This document shows positions 9,827 through 21,622 of a DNA stretch of 63,283 nt, piece after piece (position 1 is the first letter of the stretch; the number at the start of each line of letters is the position of its first letter). The stretch covers positions 372,001-435,283 of the forward strand of contig CDROCS010002422.1 in NCBI GenBank assembly GCA_977020255.1, written 5' to 3'. A program made the position numbers and the translations under genes. The notes beneath the pieces are model-generated. The model saw nothing but the letters and a program-made list of their open reading frames with translations. It was not told where the DNA came from and ran no database searches. Source of the stretch: Obrimoposthia wandeli. Its lineage: Eukaryota.

Positions 9827-10836
9827 GTCAGGCTCTCAAACGGTGGCTCATGTCTCGCTAGTGCTGTTAAAACACGTTGTAAATGCCCATCGCCCCTGCC
9901 TTGCGCTATTGTTGTACTAATCAGCTCTAAGCTAAATACTTGTTGCTTTGCATGTAATTCTAGCGCTTGATAACATAAATATTGTAAGCGTAATTCTGCC
10001 TCAACACCTGGATAGCTATGCCAGCTAAGCTGTTTTTCTTCGCCAGCATCATCAGAAAAATTTTTTGTGTACAACACCTGTGTTCGAGCATAGTGCTTCC
10101 ACGCTATTTTACTTAGCGGTTCACCTGCACGATGCAGCTGTAAACTTTGATACTCTTGCTCTTCACCTTCTCTGGAATCTACGTATTGCTTATTTTCACC
10201 TTGTGCCGCACCACTGCTGACTAAGGGCAAGGAATTCTCAACAGGTAATGGGAAAACTAATTGCTGTGTCGCGATTGATAATTCACTCCAACAGCGAATT
10301 ATCCCAAGGGGGTAGTAGCTGATAATAGATAACCTTGGCAGTAGTAACGCCCCGCGTTGCGACGCTTCAGCCCCGAGTGATAACTGCACAGATTGCTGAT
10401 CAGTAAAATCGAGATCGATACCTGGCATCCCTTTAAAAGCGACTTTAATCGCAGCTTGATAGTTTTTATTACTGCGCGTAAACCGCAGATCAATAAACGC
10501 TATGTCGCCAACAAAGACTTTTGAGTTACGACTTTCAGGCGTTATATTGGTGATATTTAATCCTTGCAGATTAAAATAGCTATGAAATATACAGAGTAAA
10601 AAAATACTGATAAAGAGGTAGCTAACCCCAAGAATTAAATTGTTATCGTAATTTGTGCCCAAAAGCCAAAGTAACATTGATAACAATAAATAACAGCCAC
10701 CTAACCGCGAGGGGAATATATACAAGTTGCTTTGCTTAAGCCTGTGGTGCTTTTTAGCTGGGCTGCGTTTTTGTAGCCAACCCTGGTAATATTGCGCAAT
10801 CCATTTCATAGTTAAAGAGCCACCTAAGGTGTTCAA
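9823..10836 (-). CDS. DUF58 domain protein
   Basis: YPLGIIRCW, GEPLSKIAWKHYAR. Lies between moxR and tgpA. Confidence 0.85.
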   Translation of the reverse strand: MNTLGGSLTMKWIAQYYQGWLQKRSPAKKHHRLKQSNLYIFPSRLGGCYLLLSMLLWLLGTNYDNNLILGVSYLFISIFLLCIFHSYFNLQGLNITNITPESRNSKVFVGDIAFIDLRFTRSNKNYQAAIKVAFKGMPGIDLDFTDQQSVQLSLGAEASQRGALLLPRLSIISYYPLGIIRCWSELSIATQQLVFPLPVENSLPLVSSGAAQGENKQYVDSREGEEQEYQSLQLHRAGEPLSKIAWKHYARTQVLYTKNFSDDAGEEKQLSWHSYPGVEAELRLQYLCYQALELHAKQQVFSLELISTTIAQGRGDGHLQRVLTALARHEPPFESLT

Positions 10837-10927
10837 TTTGCATTAAAAACATAAGGCTGTGAGCCGATTTTTTCCTTATCTTATTATCGCACGCTATATT
10901 ATATAGAGGGCTCAACAAATAAAAAGT

Positions 10928-11890
10928 TTAGCTATAAACAACGTCTACTTGAGCCAAAACATGATTTGCCAAATCTTTCGCATTTTTACTACCCGTCGTA
11001 CCGCTTAAACGATGACCTACCACACTAACAAATACTTGCTGTATATCTTCAGGGATTAAATAACTACGTTTCTCTAACATTGCCCAAGCTTTTGCTGCCC
11101 GCACTAAGGCTAAAGACCCTCTAGGAGATATTCCTTGTGTAACGTTTGATTCTTGGCGTGTAAACTTGATTAAGCGTTGTACATAATCTAATAAGTGATC
11201 ACTCACTTTTACTTCACAGGCTTTATTGTGTAATTGTTCTAATTGCTGTGCATTCAATAAAGGCGCTAATTTGGCTCGATTAGCATCTACGCGCTTATGC
11301 GAGTTAGCTAATGTTTGCAACATTATACGCTCGGCGTCCTGAGACGGAAAACCTAAAGTAATACGCATCATAAATCGATCTAACTGGGATTCTGGTAGTG
11401 GGTATGTGCCGCTGTGGCTAGTTGGATTTTGTGTGGCGATAACAAAAAAAGGATCGGGTAATTTGCGAGTTACCCCTTCGATGCTCACTTGCTTTTCTTC
11501 CATAGCTTCAAGCAACGCGCTTTGTGTTTTTGCGCTACTTCTGTTGATTTCATCTGCGAGTAATAACTGGGTAAAAATGGGGCCTTGATGAAATTCAAAG
11601 TTACTTTCGTCTTTGTTAAATATAGAAATACCCAACAGATCAGCGGGCAATAAATCACTGGTAAACTGCACGCGTTTATAGCTCAAACCCAGTACATCAG
11701 CAATAGCATGCGCCAATGTAGTCTTTCCCATACCAGGTAGATCTTCAATTAGTAAATGCCCACCGGCAAAAATGCAGCTAAGCGCTAGTTTTATTTGCGT
11801 TTGCTTTCCCAGTAGAACTTGGCTAATGGTTGCTAGTATTTGATCGACATCGACTGGATATTCTGCAATATTTCTATCTACACTTCGCAA
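10928..11890 (-). CDS. moxR: MoxR-family AAA+ ATPase
   Basis: EDLPGMGKT, QFTSDLLPAD, LADEINR, IATQNP, LPESQLDRF. Confidence 0.93.
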   Translation of the reverse strand: MRSVDRNIAEYPVDVDQILATISQVLLGKQTQIKLALSCIFAGGHLLIEDLPGMGKTTLAHAIADVLGLSYKRVQFTSDLLPADLLGISIFNKDESNFEFHQGPIFTQLLLADEINRSSAKTQSALLEAMEEKQVSIEGVTRKLPDPFFVIATQNPTSHSGTYPLPESQLDRFMMRITLGFPSQDAERIMLQTLANSHKRVDANRAKLAPLLNAQQLEQLHNKACEVKVSDHLLDYVQRLIKFTRQESNVTQGISPRGSLALVRAAKAWAMLEKRSYLIPEDIQQVFVSVVGHRLSGTTGSKNAKDLANHVLAQVDVVYS

Positions 11891-12059
11891 ACAATATTCC
11901 TTCTATTAAACCACTCGTTGGTATTATGATGCCTTTGCAAAACGTAACGCACGATAATACAAAGCAAAGATCGAAATCAGTGTGCTGCAGTGCTCGGATG
12001 TAGAGCCACTTTTAAATAGCATACTATTGAGGCCTCGCTTTTTTATTTCACGAGCAGTA

Positions 12060-14789
12060 TTAACTAACCCCATCTTGATCTAACAATTTTTTTAACGCGG
12101 GCAATGTCATCGGCTTACCAAACAAATAGCCTTGGCCGATGTCACAATTTTGCTCGATCAAAAACTGCCTTTGTAAATCCGTTTCTATACCCTCAGCGAC
12201 AACTTTTAAGTTTAAGCTGTGCGCCATAGAAATGATAGCAGAGGTTATTTTCATATCTTCTTGGCTATCAGGAATATCTTTTATAAAGCATCTATCTACT
12301 TTCAATACGTTGATTGGTAAATTTTTCAAATAGCTGAACGATGAATACCCAGTACCAAAATCATCGATCGCGACACTAATACCTATACGCTGAATTTCAC
12401 GCAGCGTGAGTATCGCTTTATCAACATCTTCCATTAACAGTGATTCGGTTATTTCCACCTCTATATAGCGAGGGTCTATATCGTTGTCTCTCATCGATTT
12501 TTGAATGACACCTAATAGCGATGGATCACGAAATTGGCGCAGTGAAACATTTATCGCACAAGATATATTGGGATGGCCCATATCGCGTAACTGCTTCATG
12601 CTTCGACAAGCTTGCGCAAATACCCAATTACCTAGCGGCACAATAAAACCGGTATCTTCCGCTATAGGAATAAAATCAACCGGTGAAATAACACCCAATT
12701 CAGGATGCTGCCAACGCACTAATCCTTCGACACCAATCACTTGTTGTTTTTTCAAATCCATTTTCGGCTGAAAATTTAATATAAAATCACCATTGAGTAA
12801 CGCTTCTGGCATTTCTCTAGAGAAGCGAATGTAACGCTGTAGCTGCTCGTTGAGCTGTTCAGTAAATTGACGGAACTGATTACGCCCCATCTCTTTAGCT
12901 TGATACATCGCTAAATCCGCATGTTTCATGATTGTATCGGGCATATTGCCATCTTTGGGCAACCAAGCTAGACCAATACTGGTGCTAATTTGAATTTCAT
13001 TTTCGTTAATAATATAAGGCTGCGCAATAAGCTCGAGTACTTTTTGTGCGATTCTTTCAACTTGTTTAATATTTTTAACAGGGTTGATGAGAATTGCAAA
13101 TTCATCGCCTCCCAAGCGTGCTGCTAGCCCTTTTCCAGTGATATTTTGCTCTATACGCCGCGACACTTCTATTAATAGTTTGTCTCCAGCAGGGTGGCCT
13201 TGAGTATCGTTCACCGTTTTAAAATTATCTAAATCTAGCAACATCACAACGGCTGGAGATTCCATCACATCGGTCAGAAATAGGCTCTCTAACTCTCTAA
13301 AGAATAGACGCCTATTAGGTAATCCAGTTAACTCGTCATACAGCGCTAATTGCTCCATTTTTGCATGAGCATCTTTTAACTCAGAGACATCTTCGCTAAC
13401 AATAACAAAGTGAGTAAGCTCATTATATTCATTATTGATGGGAGAAATAGAAACAATTGACCAGTAAGGACTACCATCTTTACGAATGTTTTGCAGATCC
13501 CCGCGCCAGCTTTTGCCACTTAAAATATCTTTCCACATGCTGTCGTATTTATTTTCTGGCAAACACTCCCTAGAGAGCATTTGTGAGGTTGTTCCCTCTA
13601 ATTCTTCGATCTTGAAGCCCGTTGTCTCCGTAAATTTAGGATTAATATATTCAACGGTGCCAATAACATCGGTAATGATTACCCCTGAGCCACTGGCGGT
13701 GATGGCGCTAGAGAGTTTTTGCAGCAATGATTCTATATTTTTTCTATCGGAGATATCTTGGCAGGTACCTATTAAGCGAATAGTTCCGTTTTTCTGTTTT
13801 TCAACATTCGCCATCAAATGCAAATGTTTGATCACACCATCGTTTGAAACTCTAAAATCTGTTGATATAATAGTGCCTATTACCAGATCAGACTTTAATT
13901 TTTTGAATAAGCTATTTTTATCCGCTGAGTGCACTTGTTTAAAAAAATCATCTAGGCCACTCGTTTTGTGACTGCTATCTAACCCTAGTATTTCCTCTAA
14001 GCTTTTCGAAAACCAAATATTATCTTCTGCGACTTTCCATTCCCAACTCCCTATAAGTGCAACGTTATGTGACTCTTGTAACCTTTGCTCTCCTAGTTTT
14101 TTTGCTTCTACTTGGGAGAGAAGTTCACGTCTCATCACTGCTAAAGAAATGCGGGTTCTTTCAAATGTTTTGATTAAACCTGCCAAAACGGAAGAGCCAT
14201 GAACAACGGGAAAGGGAGTGTTAAAATTACCTTTTGCCAAAGATTGAGCAGCAACAATAACTTGATTAAGTAATTTCATAAACGAGGATCGGCGCAAACT
14301 AATCGTTAATAAAATGCAAGTGACGAAAAATATCAATAACAGTTCAAAACAGCGATATTGGAAAACTTGATCCTTCAATATTTTTTTTGGGTTAAACCAA
14401 AGGCCGTAAGCATAATCGGATCGGGGTAAGGGCTGTAGCAATAACTGTAATTGGTTATTTTTCAGTGCCTGCTGGCGTAACGTCGTTTGTGCTTCATATA
14501 CAATTTCTTCCCAGCCTTGCTTATCTGCTTGCAGGTTTAACTGTTTGAGAAAAATTTTTCTGCGTTGCTCTGAGCTTTCATGCACCCCCAAACGACTGGA
14601 TATCTGCAATGTTAATTGAAACTGGTTAATACGGTTATCCAATACTCTTTCAAGACTAATGGGCATCCAAATAAATTCAGAAGCCACCACTACCACTAAT
14701 ACTACGGCTATCCAGATATGCAACAAAAATGATAATGCAAAGTGTCGTATCTTGATAACCACACTGTCTTGTGTTCTTTTATTACTCAA
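12060..14789 (-). CDS. Membrane HAMP-PAS-PAS-GGDEF-EAL c-di-GMP enzyme
   Basis: DELTGLPNRR, ARLGGDEF, EGLVRW, DDFGTGYSS, VVAEGIE. Confidence 0.93.
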   Translation of the reverse strand: MSNKRTQDSVVIKIRHFALSFLLHIWIAVVLVVVVASEFIWMPISLERVLDNRINQFQLTLQISSRLGVHESSEQRRKIFLKQLNLQADKQGWEEIVYEAQTTLRQQALKNNQLQLLLQPLPRSDYAYGLWFNPKKILKDQVFQYRCFELLLIFFVTCILLTISLRRSSFMKLLNQVIVAAQSLAKGNFNTPFPVVHGSSVLAGLIKTFERTRISLAVMRRELLSQVEAKKLGEQRLQESHNVALIGSWEWKVAEDNIWFSKSLEEILGLDSSHKTSGLDDFFKQVHSADKNSLFKKLKSDLVIGTIISTDFRVSNDGVIKHLHLMANVEKQKNGTIRLIGTCQDISDRKNIESLLQKLSSAITASGSGVIITDVIGTVEYINPKFTETTGFKIEELEGTTSQMLSRECLPENKYDSMWKDILSGKSWRGDLQNIRKDGSPYWSIVSISPINNEYNELTHFVIVSEDVSELKDAHAKMEQLALYDELTGLPNRRLFFRELESLFLTDVMESPAVVMLLDLDNFKTVNDTQGHPAGDKLLIEVSRRIEQNITGKGLAARLGGDEFAILINPVKNIKQVERIAQKVLELIAQPYIINENEIQISTSIGLAWLPKDGNMPDTIMKHADLAMYQAKEMGRNQFRQFTEQLNEQLQRYIRFSREMPEALLNGDFILNFQPKMDLKKQQVIGVEGLVRWQHPELGVISPVDFIPIAEDTGFIVPLGNWVFAQACRSMKQLRDMGHPNISCAINVSLRQFRDPSLLGVIQKSMRDNDIDPRYIEVEITESLLMEDVDKAILTLREIQRIGISVAIDDFGTGYSSFSYLKNLPINVLKVDRCFIKDIPDSQEDMKITSAIISMAHSLNLKVVAEGIETDLQRQFLIEQNCDIGQGYLFGKPMTLPALKKLLDQDGVS

Positions 14790-15176
14790 TCAATCACCTA
14801 AAATCTATGTATGCGAATGATAACTTCGCCAAAAACGCGCTCGCTATAACCGTATTCAAATTCATTCACTAGTAACAAGGCTATCAATGCTAGATAACCT
14901 GTTTTAATAAACGTTAAGTTAAACCTTTGCCAAGTTTTTACGTTGAAATAGCACATCTAACGTATCGAGCGATAATAATACCAAGTAAACGGAGAATACC
15001 GAGTTAGCAGCTTTAAAACCCCGAGGGTATTAACCAAAACCGGCGGAGTAGCGCAATCAGCAAGCTTATGCTTGTTAGCCCTTGAACCGCTGCTTAACGT
15101 TGCATTGTCGAGCGCAGTTATCATTTTTACCGGGTGAATTACGCTGTAGCTTGATGTTAATAGTAGAAATCACTCA

Positions 15177-16412
15177 CTATATTGCTTTCATTACTTGTTG
15201 GGCCCAATTTAGACTGTGCCGATAAGCCATTTGGTAAATATCATTACTTAAATTACCTTTCACAGCATCAAAATCACCGTGTTGATAATATTTCACATCA
15301 CTGAGCACTGCTCCCATTTCTCCTTGATGATCTAAAATTGCATGGCTAATTTCCTCTGCTAAAGGCATTTGTTCTAATAGCTCTTTCATCTCCATATTCA
15401 ACAAAGCATCAAGCTGTGACAGCAGCCCAACCATGAAAAAGCTGATGGGATCACTTTGCCCAGACATCTCTGATATCAATTCACACATCCGTCCGCGCAC
15501 TAACATATTATTAATTAAGTCTGCAGAAGCACCGTCTTCTTTAGAGGTCATGAAAATCACGATCCAGCGCTTAATTTGCACCATACCTACCAAACTGATG
15601 GCGTGCGATAGTGACGTGATCTCTTTCGGGGTATTAAACGCGGCAGAATTCACAACTTTCAGTATTTTAAAGGTTAACGTTGGATCATTAAGCGCAATTT
15701 CTTCCATGCTTTTAGCACTCGCCCCAGGGCGATCAACTTCTGCTAGTAGCTGTAACAATATTATTTTATTAGCGGCTATTTTTTTACCTTTAACGGTGGC
15801 GGGTTCACTCAAGAAAAAACCTTGATAAAGCGAAAAGCCCATCTCGACACATTTAACATACTGCTCTTGTGATTCAACTTTATCTGCCAGTAACTCTAGA
15901 TGGTAAGGTCGTAATTTAGCAATAACACTCGGTAAATTTTCCATCCCTAAACGGCGAATATCTAATTTCAGTATATGTACAATATTGAGCAGTGGATCAA
16001 AACGTCCATCTTCAGGGTCGTAGTCAGCTAAGGCCAAGCGCACGCCTTTTTTTCCCAGTTCTTTGAGTTTTTCAACCAATTCAGGTGTGATTTTAGAGCG
16101 CCCTAATAGCTCTAAAACAAAGCGCCCTTTTGGCAATTCAGGTAGCCTGCCACTTAATAACAACTCATCTGTCACTTTGATAAAACAGGGAACAGGTTTT
16201 AACTCTCCATCTCTTACGATATTGGAGTAGTTATTAGCGATAACTTCAAAAGTAGCAGTCTCGTCATTGATGCTTGGATCAAAGGCATTTTGCGCATTAC
16301 GAAACAATAACTCGTAATACTCTACATCTCTGTTTTTACAATAAATAGAATGCCTTGCAAACAAGATATCTAAGTCCTGTTCCGTATTTTCTAACTCAGT
16401 TTGACCAACCAC
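15177..16412 (-). CDS. Degenerate EAL plus HDOD domain protein
   Basis: YELLFR, LALADY in place of DDFGTG, and HDOD motif DPTLTFKILKVVNSA. Confidence 0.87.
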   Translation of the reverse strand: MVGQTELENTEQDLDILFARHSIYCKNRDVEYYELLFRNAQNAFDPSINDETATFEVIANNYSNIVRDGELKPVPCFIKVTDELLLSGRLPELPKGRFVLELLGRSKITPELVEKLKELGKKGVRLALADYDPEDGRFDPLLNIVHILKLDIRRLGMENLPSVIAKLRPYHLELLADKVESQEQYVKCVEMGFSLYQGFFLSEPATVKGKKIAANKIILLQLLAEVDRPGASAKSMEEIALNDPTLTFKILKVVNSAAFNTPKEITSLSHAISLVGMVQIKRWIVIFMTSKEDGASADLINNMLVRGRMCELISEMSGQSDPISFFMVGLLSQLDALLNMEMKELLEQMPLAEEISHAILDHQGEMGAVLSDVKYYQHGDFDAVKGNLSNDIYQMAYRHSLNWAQQVMKAI

Positions 16413-16584
16413 ATAGAACTCCTAAAAATAAAAAACAACCGACTAATACTGCCTACTCATTGAACTATTTGTAACCTACTTAAGAGCACCCTCAAACAAA
16501 CGATACCTGCCCATCGTGCACATATCAGCTATATGACTGGTGCAAAGATTCCCAACAAAAGTAAGTATACAGATATAGCTTGTT

Positions 16585-17346
16585 TCAATCACAAATAAAG
16601 ACTTCTATTTTTTGCTCTTTCAATACCTTATCGAGATGATCTGGCACCGGCTTATCCGTGACTAACGCATTTATTTGATTTATGTTGGCTTGTTTTACCA
16701 TCGCACTGCGCCCGAACTTTGAATGGTCAGCGGCGAGTATCACTTTACTAGAGTTCGCTATAATCGCTTGCGCCACTTTAACCTCTCTAAAATCGTAATC
16801 TAATAAAGCACCATCATTGCCGATTCCGCTGATGCCGATAATACCAATATCCATATTAAACTGGCTAATAAAATCACAGGTTGCCTCGCCTACAATACCG
16901 CCATCACTATGGCGTACTTCTCCGGCGGCGATAATCACTTGAAAATCATCGTTGGCTGAAAGGATAGAAGCGACGTGGATATTATTGGTCACCACTCGCA
17001 ACGCTCTGTGCTGCAGTAAAGCTCTAGCGACCATCTCGGTAGAAGTGCCAATATTAATAAACAGTGAAGCACCATTGGGTACCATCGCTGCAATTTGTGC
17101 TGCCATCTTCTTTTTAGAATCTAAATGATTGATTTTTCGGCTTTGATAATCTTCATTCTCTGTGCTAGATTCTCTTTCTGCGCCGCCGTGATGGCGACGT
17201 ATTTTACTGGCATCAGCCATTTGATTTAAATCGCGCCGAATTGTTTGTGGTGTCACATCAAACAGTTCTACAAGTTCGTCAATGCTGATAAAGCCTTTTT
17301 CATTTATTAAGGCTAATATTTTACTTTGTCTCTGCTGGCTGGTCAT
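16585..17346 (-). CDS. glpR: DeoR-family glycerol-3-phosphate regulon repressor
   Basis: VTPQTIRRDLN, HHGGA, FINIGTS. Divergent from glpK. Confidence 0.9.
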   Translation of the reverse strand: MTSQQRQSKILALINEKGFISIDELVELFDVTPQTIRRDLNQMADASKIRRHHGGAERESSTENEDYQSRKINHLDSKKKMAAQIAAMVPNGASLFINIGTSTEMVARALLQHRALRVVTNNIHVASILSANDDFQVIIAAGEVRHSDGGIVGEATCDFISQFNMDIGIIGISGIGNDGALLDYDFREVKVAQAIIANSSKVILAADHSKFGRSAMVKQANINQINALVTDKPVPDHLDKVLKEQKIEVFICD

Positions 17347-17429
17347 GAATATTCTATCATCCAAAAATGGGCTCAGTTTATTTTGCGTTTATTATTGTTC
17401 CATTACCTGAATGGCAAGGCAACAGAAAA

Positions 17430-18911
17430 ATGAAATCCTATATTCTTTCTATCGATCAAGGCACCACCAGCTCAAGGGCTATCATCTTTGATGAAGATGC
17501 GCAACTTATTGCACAAGCCCAACAAGAGTTCGAACAAATTTTCCCCGCTGACGGCTGGGTTGAACATCGACCTAGTGATATTCTTGAAACCGTTTTAGCG
17601 ACTTGTAAACAAGTGCTTAGTGAAGCAAATTTAAGTGCTAGTGACATAAACTCCATCGGTATTACCAATCAGCGTGAAACCACTATCGTTTGGGATAAAG
17701 TCACCGGCAAAGCTATTTACAACGCAATTGTTTGGCAAGACAGACGTACCCATGAGTACTGCTCATCACTAGTTGAGCAAGGTTTAAGCGCGCAAATAAC
17801 CGCTAAAACGGGCTTGCTGATTGACGCATATTTCTCGGCAACTAAAGTCAGTTGGATGCTCGATAACGTCACAGGTGCAAGAACCAGAGCTGAGGCGGGT
17901 GAGTTACTATTTGGCACCGTTGATAGTTACCTGCTTTGGCATTTAACCAAAGGTGAAAAACACTGTACTGATGCGACTAACGCATCTCGCACCATGTTAT
18001 TTAATATCCACACCCAACAATGGGATAGCGAACTATTAAGTTTGTTTAATATCCCTAGTGCAATGCTACCTAAAGTGCTCGATTGCTCAGCGGATTTTGG
18101 CACCACTGATGCTAGCATTTTTGGCGCAAATATCCCAATAGGCGGCATTGCCGGAGATCAGCAAGCAGCATTGTTTGGCCAAGCTTGTTTTAGTAGTGGT
18201 ATGGCCAAAAGCACTTATGGCACTGGTTGCTTCTTAATTATCAACACCGGCAAAACGGCAGTTAAATCGCAACACCGCTTACTCACCACCGTTGGCTATC
18301 GTCTTAATGGCGAGGTAAGTTACGCGTTAGAGGGTAGTATTTTTATCGCAGGCGCCGCTATTCAATGGCTACGCGATGGGCTTAAAATAATTGACGACGC
18401 CAAACAAGTGGAGGCGCTGGCGCGCAGCGCAAACAGTGATTCGCAAGTAGTTATGGTTCCCGCGTTTACTGGTTTAGGCGCACCGCACTGGGATCCTAAT
18501 GCGCGCGGCGCAATACTGGGATTAACCCGTGACACTGGCATTGCAGATATCGTAGCTGCCGCTTTAAAAGCGGTGTGCTATCAAACTAAAGATTTGATTA
18601 CCGCAATTGAAGATGAAAATATCCCCTTAGGCAAGTTACGTGTTGATGGTGGCATGGCAAATAATGATTGGATGTTACAGTTCCTAAGCGATTTAGTCGC
18701 GGTAGAAGTGCAAAGACCCAGCTTAGTAGAGACCACAGCGTTAGGCGCAGCTTACTTAGCAGGATTGCATACCGGCGTATTCAGTTCTCTTGAAGACATC
18801 AGCGAAAAATGGCAGTGCCAAGCACAATTCAACCCTAGTTGGGGTGACGATCAACGCAGTGCACATCAGCAACTTTGGCAGCAATCAGTCGCAAAAGTAT
18901 TAACACGTTAA
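17430..18911 (+). CDS. glpK: Glycerol kinase
   Basis: [41 protein letters not shown]. Confidence 0.96.
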   Translation: MKSYILSIDQGTTSSRAIIFDEDAQLIAQAQQEFEQIFPADGWVEHRPSDILETVLATCKQVLSEANLSASDINSIGITNQRETTIVWDKVTGKAIYNAIVWQDRRTHEYCSSLVEQGLSAQITAKTGLLIDAYFSATKVSWMLDNVTGARTRAEAGELLFGTVDSYLLWHLTKGEKHCTDATNASRTMLFNIHTQQWDSELLSLFNIPSAMLPKVLDCSADFGTTDASIFGANIPIGGIAGDQQAALFGQACFSSGMAKSTYGTGCFLIINTGKTAVKSQHRLLTTVGYRLNGEVSYALEGSIFIAGAAIQWLRDGLKIIDDAKQVEALARSANSDSQVVMVPAFTGLGAPHWDPNARGAILGLTRDTGIADIVAAALKAVCYQTKDLITAIEDENIPLGKLRVDGGMANNDWMLQFLSDLVAVEVQRPSLVETTALGAAYLAGLHTGVFSSLEDISEKWQCQAQFNPSWGDDQRSAHQQLWQQSVAKVLTR

Positions 18912-19633
18912 AACGGGCACTCACAGGTCACACTGATACGCTGCCCAGTGAAGGGGTGATCGAATTCAAGTAAGTTTGCATGCAACATCAACCGTGGCGC
19001 TAGCGCTTGGCTAGTGTCATTGTTGTATAAATCGCAGCCTATAATAGGATGCCCTATCGCCAAACTGTGTAAACGCAGTTGATGAGTACGCCCTGTTTGC
19101 GGCGTATATTGTACTTTAGTGCGTGTTGGGTTTTCTAACCTTGCTAGTACTTGATATTCGCTCAGTGCCGCTTTACCTTGCTCATAGCAAATTTTTTGTC
19201 GCGGAAAAACACCTTTTGCTAAGGGTACATCAATGCTACCGCTATCTTTGTCTACATCGCCTTGTAGCATCGCAATATAATGCTTAACCACTGTTCTGTT
19301 TTGTAACTGCTTCGTAAAATCAGCATTTACCGCTTTATTAAGTGCTACAAGCATAATACCAGAAGTGCCAAAATCTAGGCGATGCGCGAGGGCTGCGCTG
19401 AGGTAATCTTGTACTAGACGATAGTGAACTGAATCAAGATTAAGTGGATTTTTACCTGATAAGCTCAGCAATCCGCTAGGCTTATTGATGATTAGAAAAT
19501 CCTCGTTTTGCAGCAGAATCTCTATTTGTTGCGCGCAAAAAGGGGCAATAAAATCATCACCATTATTGCTCTTTGAGCTTTCAATTGAATGTTCTTTTTT
19601 TGATGAAGTATTTTCTGGTGCTGTGCTATTCAT
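18908..19633 (-). CDS. rluA: RluA-family pseudouridine synthase
   Basis: [24 protein letters not shown]. Confidence 0.88.
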   Translation of the reverse strand: MNSTAPENTSSKKEHSIESSKSNNGDDFIAPFCAQQIEILLQNEDFLIINKPSGLLSLSGKNPLNLDSVHYRLVQDYLSAALAHRLDFGTSGIMLVALNKAVNADFTKQLQNRTVVKHYIAMLQGDVDKDSGSIDVPLAKGVFPRQKICYEQGKAALSEYQVLARLENPTRTKVQYTPQTGRTHQLRLHSLAIGHPIIGCDLYNNDTSQALAPRLMLHANLLEFDHPFTGQRISVTCECPF

Positions 19634-19772
19634 ATAAATACGGATCCTTTATAAAGGCTTCCCCTTCTAAACAGGCTCTATTATAAACAGGCTTCTTATA
19701 AAAAGGCGCTAAAGCATAGCGCCATGCATTATGAAATAACAGCTAAAATATTTCTAACAAGGATAGGGGTTA

Positions 19773-20549
19773 TTAGCTTGTAACTATTAAAGGATGATCA
19801 TGCTTGGGATGGGGTAACACAGAGACTTCAATATCATACAAACTTGAAATTTGTTGCTCTGTTAAGATCTCTTTTACTGAGCCTTGGTTTATTACTTTTC
19901 CATTGCCTAATAGTAAAATTTTATCCGCATACTGCGCGGCCAAATTAAGATCGTGCAAAATACTCAGTACCCCAACGCCTTCACCAGCCAATGCTCTGGC
20001 TAGTCCTAAGGTGTGATGCTGATGGGAAAGATCTAGCGCAGAAGTTGGCTCATCTAACAACAAATATCGTGAACCTAAAACACTAGGCTCCCATATTTGA
20101 CATAACACCCGCGCCAGTTGCACACGCTGCTTTTCACCCCCTGAAAGAGATGGGTAAAGCGCTTGTGCAAGGTGAGCGACATCCGCCTTTTCCATGGCCG
20201 CGTGAACAATTTCTCTATCGCGTACTTTACCGGTGCTATGCGGTAAACGGCCAAGCAGTACTACTTCGTAAACACTAAAAGCAAAATCCAAACTAGACGC
20301 TTGTGGTAGCACGCCAATCATTTGTGCTCGTTGATTGGGAGTAATATCAGCAAACGCTTGGCCATTTAACGTCATGCTCCCCTGATAATGGCGGTATTCA
20401 CCCGCCATCACTTTAAACACGGTTGATTTACCCGCCCCGTTTGGTCCCAATATAGCCAATACTTCGTTTGGATTGACTGATAAATTAATATTGGAGACGA
20501 GTGTTTTGTTACCCATCGCCAAACTAATATCATTTAGCGTAAAACTCAT
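19773..20549 (-). CDS. hmuV: Haem ABC transporter ATPase
   Basis: GPNGAGKS, LSGGEKQRVQLARVL, LLLDEPTSALD. Confidence 0.93.
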   Translation of the reverse strand: MSFTLNDISLAMGNKTLVSNINLSVNPNEVLAILGPNGAGKSTVFKVMAGEYRHYQGSMTLNGQAFADITPNQRAQMIGVLPQASSLDFAFSVYEVVLLGRLPHSTGKVRDREIVHAAMEKADVAHLAQALYPSLSGGEKQRVQLARVLCQIWEPSVLGSRYLLLDEPTSALDLSHQHHTLGLARALAGEGVGVLSILHDLNLAAQYADKILLLGNGKVINQGSVKEILTEQQISSLYDIEVSVLPHPKHDHPLIVTS

Positions 20550-21622
20550 AGTGAATTACTCCGCGCGCGATAGACCACCATCGCAATAAAAAACGGGCCG
20601 CCTATAATGGTAGTAATTAAACCGATAGGCAGCTCAGCAGGGGCGATAATCGTACGTGAAATCATATCTGCAACTAACAAAAACAAAGCTCCTAGTGCCG
20701 CTGATGCTGTGAGCAAATAGCGATGATCTGGGCCAAGTACTAAGCGCACTATATGCGGCACAATCAAACCGACAAACCCTATCATGCCAGCCACTGCTAC
20801 AGATGCACCCACACCTATCGCCGTTAACGTGATGATTTGACGCTTTACTTTTTCGACATTAATACCCAAATGCCTTGCTTCAGACTCTCCCAATAACAAT
20901 GCATTCAAGTTCTTAGCGTGCAATGGCAAACAAATGAGCGGTATCGCAATCAGCGATCCCGCGGCTAATACTGTGCTCCAAGTGGCTCCACCTAAACTAC
21001 CCATTGACCAAAAAGTTAGCGTACGCAATTGCGCATCATCTGCCGTAAAAGTTAGCAGGCCAACCGCAGCGCCAGTGACGATGCCAATGGCAATACCTGC
21101 AAGCAACATACTGGTAATAGAAGTACCAAATTGAGTAGTGGCGACCTTAGCGACTAACATTGTGGTTAAAAAAGCACCTACAAAAGCCGCGATCATCAAT
21201 GTGTATGCACCAAACAGCGTAAACAAAAAGCTGAACGTAGTGCCGCCTAAAACAATCAATAGCACGGCCGCTAAAGAAGCACCACCCGTTACCCCTATTA
21301 GCCCAGGATCTGCCAGTGGGTTGCGAAATAATCCTTGCATCGCAGCGCCACAAACAGCTAATACCGAACCTACAAATACCGCTAATACAGCTCTAGGTAA
21401 ACGAATGGAAGCGACAATATTTTCCATAGCGCCTGAAACTTGCGTTTCTATTAAGCCCGTTTTGGCCACGATAACCGAAAGCGAATCAACTAAGCTAATT
21501 TGCATCGGCCCAATAGCTACCGATAGCAACAAAGATAACAGCAGAGCTAGCGCTAAGAAAACGAAACTCCATTTAACTTTTAGCTCTCTATAACTGCTTT
21601 GTATTTGGCTGGCATCACTCAT
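20546..21622 (-). CDS. hmuU: Haem ABC transporter permease (FecCD family)
   Basis: IRLPR, QGLFRNPLADPG, GFVGLIVPH. Confidence 0.93.
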   Translation of the reverse strand: MSDASQIQSSYRELKVKWSFVFLALALLLSLLLSVAIGPMQISLVDSLSVIVAKTGLIETQVSGAMENIVASIRLPRAVLAVFVGSVLAVCGAAMQGLFRNPLADPGLIGVTGGASLAAVLLIVLGGTTFSFLFTLFGAYTLMIAAFVGAFLTTMLVAKVATTQFGTSITSMLLAGIAIGIVTGAAVGLLTFTADDAQLRTLTFWSMGSLGGATWSTVLAAGSLIAIPLICLPLHAKNLNALLLGESEARHLGINVEKVKRQIITLTAIGVGASVAVAGMIGFVGLIVPHIVRLVLGPDHRYLLTASAALGALFLLVADMISRTIIAPAELPIGLITTIIGGPFFIAMVVYRARSNSL

